Assembly (NCBI RefSeq): GCF_011386835.1
Contig: NC_088812.1
Span: 372,001 to 436,000, forward strand
DNA: 64,000 nucleotides
Reading direction: 5' to 3'
Origin: Chrysemys picta bellii
Taxonomy: Eukaryota
The position numbers and the translations under genes are program-made. The first letter of the stretch is position 1; every line of letters begins with the position of its first letter. Of the stretch, positions 1 through 9,825 are shown piece after piece. Under the pieces are notes generated by a model. The model searched no databases, was not told the origin of the DNA, and saw only the letters and a program-made list of their open reading frames with translations.

Positions 1-3000
1 GCCTACACGGCCCTGGATGCACAATGGCTCCCTGGCCCCTGCATGCCAGCACCCTCCCAAGTGCAGGAGACTGAAGATGCCAGTGACCCGGTTAGCCTGC
101 GATGGATGGGGATTGGCTCACTTGCACTTTCATTCCCTGTTCACACACATCACAGCCTCCAGTTCCCTTTTCCCCAGCTGGCATCTGGGCCTCCTGGTTC
201 CCCCGATTAAAACTATTGCACAATTGTACAGCACAGACCCCAATGGCTGCAGCACGAATGCAGCGTGGGGCATTACCGCAGAGCCCCGGAGTGTTTTATA
301 TCAAGGGTCCCTCCTCCCCTGGCCTAGTCTCTCCACCTCACTGCACCGTACTGGTGTATGAGAAGCTCCCGTCCAGGGGTGCTGAAAGCCACTGAACCAA
401 ACCGTACACGCTGCAGATGATGAACGCCAGGCATTTGGGTGCTATTCCTGCATCCCAGGCCCACCTCTCCCTGAGGCTCCTGGGGATTCTCCGTATTTTT
501 CAGCCAGGGTTCAACAAGAAGAATAAGAGTTTGCTGCTCCCTTTCATTCCGCGCTTAGAAAGATCCCTGCTAGTCTCTGTGTCAGGTTGTTCCCACCTGC
601 CCCCTTTACAAAGTGTCCCCGTGCAAGAGCTAACAAAGGCCTGGGAGGGGAGGTGCAGGCCCAAAGAATCCATCAAAGGAAACTAGGCTCCGCACCCCAG
701 CTCTGCCAATGCCCCCCAATCCCAACCCGCAGGCCCCCCTATCCCAGCCCCAGCTCTGCCTACCTAGCCTGCTAGGAAAGGAGAGGAACACTATGGTGAC
801 CTTTAGGAGGTTTGTAAAGTGACAACATGAAGGATTCACTGCCCTCCTTGAAGAGTCCACTGGCCCATCAAGCCTAGTGTCCTGCCTCTGGCTGGGGCTC
901 GGGTCTGGACGCCTCAGAGATGGGTAACCACAGCCTTAAGCACTGCACCAGGCCAGTCGTGTGATACTCTGCAAAGGGAGGAATCTAGGCACCTAGAAGG
1001 ACTTGGACAAAGGCACCCGCTGGGACGTGCCGGCTGGTCGGCTGTCCCTGGCTCTCTGCCTTCAGAGCCGACATCAGAGAAACTCCAAACAGACTTCTCT
1101 GGACCCAGAGGCCAGAGCCAAGACCAGGGGCCGAGGCGGCGTTTCAGGGGTTCTGTCTCTGTGCTCAGCTGCACCGGTCACGTGAGAACAGCCCAGCGAT
1201 GGAGTGCCTGGCAAAGCAGGTTCGAGCCGAGTTCAGCCGGTATCTCTGAAGAGGACAAGCAAATCATCTCCACATGGGCAGCGGGAGAGCGCGGAGGAGA
1301 GAAGGATGCCTGCCAGAGTGAGGCTGCGGTTCAGATCCCTCCTGACAGCTCCCCAGCAGCCCCCGCATCGCCTGTCATCCCACAAAACAAACTTCAAAGT
1401 AAACAAGGCGCCCGGGACCGGGCCGTTGCAGCCACTTTATCATCAGTGGAGAGTATTTTCCTCCCCCCCGAACTGTTGCTGTTTGATTCCATTTACACGA
1501 GCTGCACAGAGCGGGATTTACAGGGCAGGTGCCCAAACGAAGCGCCGGGATAGCTGGCGGGGCCCCAAGCGAAAGGGGAAGAGAGAGTTTTACAAAAGCC
1601 TTCAGATTGTGGTTTTATATGATAGGGACTGGAGAGCAACATCCATCTTCGGGCTTAACATTTCATCTCTAGATCAACAGCCCGTTCCTTCCCCCACATT
1701 CAGCTGCAGCTGTTGGCTTATCTTTCCATTAAAGCATTTTCCTCTTATTGCACAGTTCACATGAGGAGGGATACGTGCCAGACGGGTCTCCCCTCTGGGT
1801 CAATACGCTACAGCCAGGGTCTAAACCGCTGCCCAGAGTGACGTTGGATTCTGCAAACCCAGATCAGTCCCTGGCCAAAACACTGGGGTTGGGGTTGTGC
1901 ATGTGAGTACATGTAAGAAGGCTGAGAATCCAAACATGGGAGGACAAGATTTAAAAAAATGAGGGTTGGAAGTTAGACTCCTTTGAAAATAGCGGCCTGG
2001 GAGCCTAGGGGTGATTGGGTAAAATCTTCAAGAGTGCTGAAGGGTTTCAAAAACACTTAGTGACTAAGAAGCCTAAGTCTCATTTTCAAAAGTGACTTGG
2101 GGCACCAAACTCCGATAGATGCCTTTGAAAATCCCATATGTGAACCATTATTTAGGCACCAAAATAAGCCTCTAAGGGTGAATTTTTCAAAAGCACCCAA
2201 GTCCCATTTTCAAAAAGTCTCTGTTTCCTTGAAAGCCAATGCTCCTAAGTGCCCAAATCTCTTGAAAAGGAACTTGGGAGCATTTGAAAATTTTACCCGT
2301 ACAGGCTTATTTCACTGCCTAAATAACGATTTACAGATGGGATTTTCAAAGGCATCTATGACTTTGGTGCCCCAAACATGCATTTGAAAACACCCCGTAT
2401 TTAGGCACCTAACTCAGTCTCTGTCTTCTAGAGGATGAAAAAAGGTGTATTAAACACCTTGAAAGTGCTGGTCCTGGTGTAGCCTAGGCCCTGATCCACA
2501 CAGAGTGTCTGTACTGGTGTAATTAGGTCAGCTAGGGGGGTGATTTTGACCTAGAGAGTTAGACCAGTACTACCCCAAGTGTAAATGCAGTGATAAAGGT
2601 ACCTCACACCTGTATAACTCCCTTCCTTTCTGGTATAAGAATAAGCTACACCAGTAGAAGCAACTTTACCAGTATAATGGCATCCACACTGGGGGAGTGG
2701 GTTGTTTCAATCTAACTGTATCACTACAGATAAAAATGCACAACTTGTGCGTGCAGAGAAGCCCTGAGCTAATGTGGTTTAAGCAAGAACCATTTTTCTT
2801 AACTTACACAGGGCCCCTGTCACCTGGTTTCAACAACTGCACTCAGCAACTTCCAAGGAGCTCAGGCCTTTGGAAAGTCAGCCTCCGTGTCCAGGCACCT
2901 CTACGAGCCTATCTTGGCCTCCAGGTGAATTTCACCCCAGTGCAGAAGGGCAACATCAGCACCTCTGAAGTCCTGCCCTGGATTCCAGTGCAAGTTCAGG

Positions 3001-3659
3001 GTCACAGACTGCGAGCTCTTTCGAGCAGGGACCAGCCTGTGAAGCAGCCAGAGCTGTGGGCAGTAACAGCAGCCAGCCAGAGGAGGTGATGGCGAATGGG
3101 TGGCACAAACTGTGAGATGCTGCTGTGAACAGAGTCCCTTTACATCGAGGAGTGGCCAGCTGCAGCAGTTTCTGGCTCGTGGCTGACGACTAACCAACCC
3201 TGGGAAGTGGGCAAGCCCTGGTATTTTTATTACTGTCTCTGCTTGCTGCCAAGCGTCTGCGTCACCGGCAGGGAGGCGGCTGTGTTCTCTCTTCTGAAGC
3301 GCGGAGGAGATAAGATTGGACCGTTAAGAAAAATCTTTAAAGGCGGCTGCCAAACTCCAGGAAACTTTACAAAGCATGATGTCTCCTTCCCAGCAGCCTC
3401 CCCAAACCCTCATGTGCCATCTCTGTCTTTCTTTTCCCAGCAACGCCGGCTGCCAATGACCTATCTGTGCAGAGATAGACACTCTCGTCTTTCACAACAG
3501 CACCATGCTCCCCCCGGCTGTGGATTGCAAATGCCCCAAGACTAAGCGCACCCTGCCATTGTGCAGGTGACCATTCTTATCCCCAGAGCACAGCCAGGAA
3601 ACCAGTCAGAGAGAGGGGATGTGATTTGCACAAAGCCACACAGGAGGCCTATGTTTGGA

Positions 3660-3990
3660 AAGAGAAACCCAGGAGTCCTGACTCCCAGCCCACCCTCTAA
3701 CCTAACCACTAGCACCCACTCCACTCCCAGAGCCAGGAAGAGAACCCAGGAGTCCTGACTCCCAGCCCACCCTCTAACCTAACCACTAGCACCCACTCCA
3801 CTCCCAGAGCCAGGAAGAGAACCCAGGAGTCCTGACTCCCAGCCCACCCTCTAACCTAACCACTAGCACCCACTCCACTCCCAGAGCCAGGAAGAGAACC
3901 CAGGAGTCCTGACTCCCAGCCCACCCTCTAACCTAACCACTAGCACCCACTCCACTCCCAGAGCCAGGAAGAGAACCCAGGAGTCCTGGC
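3660..3990 (-). repeat. 77-bp tandem repeat, ~4.3 copies, derived from a tRNA-like (MIR/CORE-type) SINE head
   Basis: The anchor GAAGAGAACCCAGGAGTCCTGACTCCCAGCCC recurs at 3737, 3814, 3891 and 3968 (period 77), with a variant copy at ~3660. On the minus strand the unit reads TAGTGGTTAG...GGGAGTCAGGACTCCTGGGTTCTCTTCC (A-box-like and B-box-like). Confidence 0.9.
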
Positions 3991-5294
3991 TCCCAGGCCT
4001 GTCCCTGCTCTAGCCACCAAACCCCACTGCTTCTCCACCTTGCATTTGGCCTGTTTCTCCTGCTGATTCATTCAGTGGTGTTGCAGGCCGGTCTTTGTGA
4101 CATCACTAGCTGCCATGGCGACACTAGCTGATGTCACAAATTCCAGGCCGAGCTGCGAGGTTGCTGACATCACAGATGCCCGGTTCAGCTGGTACGTTCA
4201 GGCTAATTCCAAAGGAGACGCTGCGGTTTATACAGATACCCCAAGTCTTGACAGTGTGGCGGAGGAAAGGGGCTGAGGGAGAGTTCAAAGGCATTTTGGT
4301 CACTGATTGGGTTCTTAAAGTTTGCCCAAATGTTACCATGGTTATTTCAACTCTGGCCTCAGGAAATAAGGAACCTCTGTAAGCTCTGAATCATCCCCAT
4401 GCTGCAAGGGAGGGGAGAGCCAAGAGTCCGCCCAAAGCAGCTGCGATGCTTATGGCTGTGATCAAAGTGCTCCGCGCAGGGAGATAACCTCCTGCAGGAT
4501 CTCCCCTGACCCGCTCCATGGAGCTTTGCCACTTGGCCAGTGTGAGGAGTCAGAAGGCTGCAGCTTTGGTTAATCATTCAAAGCCCCGTTTGGGATGAGC
4601 AGCCCCTCTCCTCCCATCAGGCTCTTCCAGCTTATCGCTGTTGCAGACGTGTTGAGGGAAAGGGAGGTAGGGGCAGCAGGACTGGGAACATCCCATGCAC
4701 CAGCTCCCCAAAGTCACCCTCCTTCAAGAGCCAAAGCCGACCTAACAGAACCACTGGCCTTTGCCTCCCCCTTCCCCAAAAGAATAATACATTTTGCAAG
4801 TGGCATGCACGGTGCCTGCCAGGTGGTGGGTAATGGACTGGCCTCGACTGGCAGCATCAGGGTTAGGACTACCTGTGCCTCGTCTCCTCTAGGATTTAAC
4901 ATGGAGCTTGCTAAAGTAATGCAACAGCACGACTCTTTGTAGGCCCAGAGTAACCCATGTGCCCTTAGTGCACTTTCACAGGGCCCCCATCTTGTGGGGG
5001 CCCCGACCACTAGGGGAAAAAACCAACTGCGCAGCACTGCAACCCCACGCGCCAGGTGGCAACAGGCACTCACTCAGATTCGGGCCGGCTGCCTCCCCTG
5101 CCCCCGTCACGAGAGAGGGCAGCCTGGCCTGAGTGGCGTGGAGCCAGGCAATTGCAGGGGCAGGCGATGGGACCGCGCTGCACTGGGCAGTCAGGGTCCG
5201 GGGGAGCTGCCCTAGGCTGGGACAGGAGAGGAGCGCTGAGCCGGGAAGCGGGACGGGCGTGCTGATGAATGGCCAGGAATGTTCCAGAAGTGAT

Positions 5295-5590
5295 GGGTGG
5301 GGGTGAGTTGTAGGAGGGTTATGGGATGAGTGAGGAGTGTTGGGGGGCTGCGGGGTGAGGGATTGGGAGCAAGTGGGGGATGTTGGGATCGGGGGATGAG
5401 ATGTTGGGGGCTGTGGTGAGTGGAATGTATGTCAGTGCCGCTGGGATGTGTGTGGGGGCTGTCAGGATAGGTGGGGGCTGGTGGAGGGTTGTTGGGGTAT
5501 ATGTGAGGTTGGAGGGCCATTTGGGGGCCCATGTGGGGATGGGGAGAGAGAGGTATTCTGGGGTGGGGTTGGTATGTATGGGGGGGGCAC
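5295..5590 (+). repeat. G-rich low-complexity tract
   Basis: Dense GGG/GGGG runs with no fixed period. The overlapping Pro/His/Thr-rich minus-strand ORFs are compositional. Confidence 0.7.
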
Positions 5591-6544
5591 TCCCTGTGCA
5601 GGAGCTCAGCACACCGTTCGTGCCATGCAGGGCTGGCAGCCCCTGGAGCAGAGCCCTAGTTTGAGGAAGGTGGGGGCCCTACCAATGTCCACAGGGCCCA
5701 AAACCTCAGGGCTTGTCTGTTTGCAGAGTGGACACGGCTACAGACGGCTGCGCCCCAGCTGGACTGGTGTGTTTAAGGGCAAGGAGCAGAGTCCCCTGCA
5801 TCCCCTTCCTACCTCTGTGCTGCTCTTGGCTGGCAATTCAGGAATAACCCTGCCCTGTGCCCTCACATGCTCACACACCCTATTCCTTTCCAGCCAGCTC
5901 CCAACACCTCAGCCTGCCCAGCCCCAAAGTTCTTCCAGACTTCAAGAAATTTAAATGCACAAATTGCTAATAATCTGGAGCTCAGCCTGAAACCATCACA
6001 TCAGAGACCGCCAGGGATCCAGGGGTCTCCCTGGGGGAAGAGAGCAGGTGCCACTTTGCTTTCCAACTACCCCTGCTATAGAGGAATTCGGTCCATCTGA
6101 ATGGAGCCAGACAACACATCAGGATCCTCCTTTCCATTTTACAAATGGGTAAACTGAGGCACCAGGTGGGGGTCACACAGCAAGTCAGTGGCAGAGCTGA
6201 GAATTGGACCCAGAGACCTGACTCCCAATCCTGTGCTTACACCACAACACTATCTTTCTTCTCTGTTAGGAAAGTCACCAGAAGCCTCTGGATGGTTTCA
6301 ACATATTATTGAGTTACTATTTTTAAAAGACAAGGAAGAAGAGCTTTGCCATTCAGGTATTGGTAATGTTCATTTATATAGTGGCAGCTTCTAGTAGCCC
6401 CAGTCATCGACCAAGACCCCACTGTGCTAGGGGCTGTACATTATTTATTAGGTGTATTACGGTAGTGCCTAGGAGCTCCAGCCACGGACCAAGACATCAC
6501 TGTGCTAGGCACTGTACAAATACAGGACAATCGTATCTCTAGAG

Positions 6545-6964
6545 CAGAGGTTCTTAACCTGGGGTGTACGCACATCCTGGGGGTGCGAGATGCCCTTTTT
6601 GGGGGGTGCGAAACATGCCAGATTTTTTTAGAAGGTAAATCATTGAAAACACAAATTAAGCACAGGCACGTAAGTACAACTACTTTGTTTCATCAAACCT
6701 ATGTATTTATTAACATTATACATTTTTTAACGATTACTGTAATATACAAACAAAATATATATCTAGGTTTAAAGAACTGACCTACTTCAACGCTTTTTGA
6801 TAAGGGGTGCGAGAACATATTTTTATTTTTGATAAGGGGTGCGAGGACATATTTTGATTTTTGCTAAGGGGTGCGAGGACATATTTTGATTTTTGATAAG
6901 GGGTGCGAGAACATAGTTTGAGAACCAAAGGGGTGCAGGCTGCAGTAAAGGTTAAGAACCACTG
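6545..6964. mobile_element. hAT (Charlie-like) non-autonomous DNA transposon with an internal 32-bp tandem array
   Basis: TIRs CAGAGGTTCTTAACCT (6545) and AGGTTAAGAACCACTG (6949-6964), 15/16 match. Perfect 8-bp TSD CTCTAGAG on both sides. The 32-bp unit starts at 6799, 6831, 6863 and 6895. Confidence 0.92.
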
Positions 6965-8502
6965 CTCTAGAGGCTGCCAACAACCCTAGAGTTTGGGTCT
7001 TGCTGACAAAGGTGGATCGGAGGTAAATACTCCCCTACAGACATTTCTGAGCCAACTAATAACTGGATTCCTCTTGGTGCCAATTGCCAAATGGATTCAC
7101 CTTTTTGGTCTCCATTTTCCTCTTTTCGGTTTCCAGGTTTATTTAATATTAGGAGAGTAAAATATTTCAATGGCTCTATTAAATGGAGCTCAGGTTTTAC
7201 CCCTAGTGTCTCTGGGCTGGATGGTGGGAGCAGGAGCTCTGGGGGAAGGAGCTGCAAAAAATATGGGAGTTCGCAGGTGGGCCAAAGTGCAAATCCCTTA
7301 TTGCCATGTTTGGGCTTCTGTCTCCATTACAAATGTACAAATTCAATTTAAAAAACACACAGTCTCTCTCACCCCAGATTTGTTTGGGGATGTAACATGC
7401 AGAAGTGGCGATTTGGGACTGCAACACACAGCATGAGCAGTAACCCGCAGACAGACGGGGAGGCTGTTTCACCAGCTACCTGTGTTTCCTTGAGGGAACC
7501 TGTACCATTTTAACTCCACATTTGTGACAACAACAAATGCGCTTTTGTTTGGCAGAAACACCATCTCTGCTTCCAGCTACACACAATACAGCCCCTGCCC
7601 GAATTGGTTCCTACTCTGGTACTTACTTTAATCCACAAAATTTTAAAAAACCATAACCAGCCTAGCAGAGAAGCCTCATTCTGTGCTCCTGGAGCCCTCG
7701 CCAGCCACTCAAAATAGAGTCTATGAGTAACAGTCCATCTGGCTCTACCCACTCGCCCCCATAGGGGGGGGAGACAAACCAACTACCACCAGCCAAGCAG
7801 AGCACAAACACAGCTCAGTGCCCTCTCCAAGCTCCACTGCGTTCACAAGGAGCCTGTGCAAACAGAGAGCTCTACCAGCCTGCCTGGAATGTCAATAGAA
7901 CTGTGCCATTTTGCACCACCAAGTGGGGGAGTAAATTCTGAACCAGAACATGCTCTCCCCCGGGGCAGCTCCCTCCTCTTTAAACCAAGGGAACGCCGCA
8001 CTTCAGCTCCAGCAGGATGGCACAGCTGCACACATCCCTGTCCCTCCTGGCTCTTCGGAAGGCTTAACTTTCCCCTTAGGTGCAGAACGTTCCAGGTCTT
8101 TGTTAGTAGCTGTCTCTGCTCAGGTAGGCAGAGCCTGGGTCTCTGTTGCTCTGGAACCTCATGCTATCCCTTCTATGCAAAATGCTTCTGTTCCAATCTG
8201 GAACCAGGCAGAGCGCCATGGAGCGCCAGCTGGTCACTGTGCAGGACAGTCTCTAGTACGCAGTCACATCTCTCTCTGTGCATTTGAAACTCAGCAACGG
8301 GCCTACAGCAGAGTTGCACTGGCAAAGTTCTGCCTTCAGTTACACTGGTGCACGCCCACTGATTGAAGGGCGTTGCACCAGTGTAAGCCCAGGCATCTCA
8401 GTCCAGTTGATGGGGAGTTGGGACTCCTGGGATCTAGTCCCAGCGCCATGATCCTGGTCAAATCACGACCTGCCTCTGTTCCCCGCCTACCTTGTCTATC
8501 TT

Positions 8503-8841
8503 AGAGCTGGTCGAAACTCAGAAGTTCCATTCCTCAGGAAATTCTGACATTTTAAAATGGCCTTTCATCCTAAATTGGAACAAAACATCAAGATTTCAAA
8601 ATTCACTGCGAAAAATTTCCATTTTGGAAACGTTTTGGAAAGATCCAAATGACCTTATCAAAGTGCTTCATTTCAGCCATTCTATTTTAGAAACAATAAC
8701 ATCAAAAGGAAGTGCTCTGATAGTTTTTCTATAAACATTTTGACAAAGTCGATACTGTATGTTGCCGTAGAGTGTTTCAATTTTGTTGAATTTGCATTTT
8801 CCAATGGAAAACTGTCCCACTGAAAATTTTTTGACAAGCTC
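8503..8841. mobile_element. Old AT-rich MITE-like element (AGAGCTGGTYGAAA termini); related copies at 15913-16146, ~25869-26152 and ~27114-27424
   Basis: Ends AGAGCTGGTCGAAA...TTTGACAAGCTC. The interior is rich in A/T runs, and the same end motifs recur at the other three positions. Confidence 0.6.
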
Positions 8842-8874
8842 GACTCTATTTAGGGACGGGACGGTCTCTCACTA

Positions 8875-9110
8875 CAACAGAACCTCGATTTTATGCACCC
8901 CAATCTTACAAACACTAAGTTACACCAACCATTCTTCCCTTGTGGAAAATAAATAAATGACATAGTGAAAGTCATGGTGAAGAAGTCGACATCCCTTCAC
9001 AGTCCGATACCTTCAGTGCATTGGAAAGTGCTTTGCAGTGGTTTGAAGGGCAAGCAGAAAGTGATGCAGTGCTCCATACTGCAGCTGATGCACTGAACCT
9101 GCTGTAATGA
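8875..9110 (+). mobile_element. Degenerate Tigger/pogo-like transposon relic
   Basis: TA followed by CAACAGAACCTCGATTTT, resembling a Tigger TIR. A downstream frame reads PSQSDTFSALESALQWFEGQAESDAV, which resembles Tigger transposase C-termini (from memory). No right TIR was found. Confidence 0.4.
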
Positions 9111-9392
9111 TATGTTCGATTTTATTATCTCCAATTACTTGGTAAAACAGGGGTTCGGTTGTTTGAATCTGTGCAACACCCAGAACAACGGGCCTCTAGA
9201 TACGACTGCAATATACATAACCTGACCCTATGCTTCGTATCATTACAGTCATCTCTTCTTCACAGTCCATCTCCAGGAATCCATCTCACACCTGTTCTCT
9301 CTGCTTGGCTTCCCCCTTAATGGCAGCCTCAATCACAATAGCCAGAGCTTGTGAGGTGGGGGGAACCAAAATTCAAAGCCAGAGGCACTTAC

Positions 9393-9579
9393 TTCTCGTA
9401 GTCGTGCTTGCAGTATAGCTGACGGTTGCGACAGTAGCAGGTGCCCGACAGCGGCTGCAGGCAGGCGGCACACTTCACGCAGCCTTCGTGCCAGGAACGC
9501 TCATTGACTCGCAGGAGGAACCGGTCAGAGATGGGCGTGTCGCAGCCGGCACAAACCTCCCGCATTTTGGAGTCCGACC
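9393..9579 (-). CDS. LMX1-family LIM-homeobox transcription factor (LMX1A-like / third paralogue), first LIM-domain exon
   Basis: Translates (G)SDSKMREVCAGCDTPISDRFLLRVNERSWHEGCVKCAACLQPLSGTCYCRNRQLYCKHDYE(K), a complete LIM zinc-finger pattern. Acceptor TTTTCTCTGTTGCCAG, donor GTAAGT, 187 nt, phases 1/2, the same size and phases as LMX1B exon 2. The remaining exons (second LIM, homeodomain) were not found in 1-9392. Confidence 0.93.
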
Positions 9580-9801
9580 CTGGCAACAGAGAAAAAGGCA
9601 AATGAGCTACACGAGGGAGGACTGGTTTTCAAATGGGGATGTGTGCTGCTAAGGTGGAATTCACCCCAGGGGAGGAGACCCGGCACAAGGCCTGGGTGTT
9701 GCTTAAATCTGGCTTCAAGGCACAAGGCCTAGGCCTCATGTTTGTGCTAAATCTGTTTTTAAAGCCATGTGTTACTAGTGTTAATTGCTATACCTGCACC
9801 C

Positions 9802-9825
9802 AGAGAGAGAGAGAGAGAGAGAGAG
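9802..9825. repeat. (AG)12 microsatellite; a (GT)9 lies at 10147-10164
   Basis: Read directly from the sequence. Confidence 0.9.

Noticed and set aside
1990-2460. TTTTCAAA/TTTGAAAA and TAGGCACCTAA patchwork as a novel structured RNA
   Set aside because: The same motifs recur elsewhere (~14935-15117, ~63010-63080), indicating an old interspersed repeat. Its boundaries cannot be fixed by eye.
3660-3990. CRISPR-like array
   Set aside because: The units are contiguous and identical, with no unique spacers and no cas genes; the context is eukaryotic.
4094-4140. Pre-miRNA hairpin
   Set aside because: The stem is only ~16 bp within 47 nt and the flanks do not pair, which is too short for Drosha/Dicer processing.
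1-9392. Second LIM and homeodomain exons of the LMX1-like gene
   Set aside because: No KCSGC, GDEFVLKEGQLLC or WFQNQR-like coding stretch was found by eye; they presumably lie left of the window.
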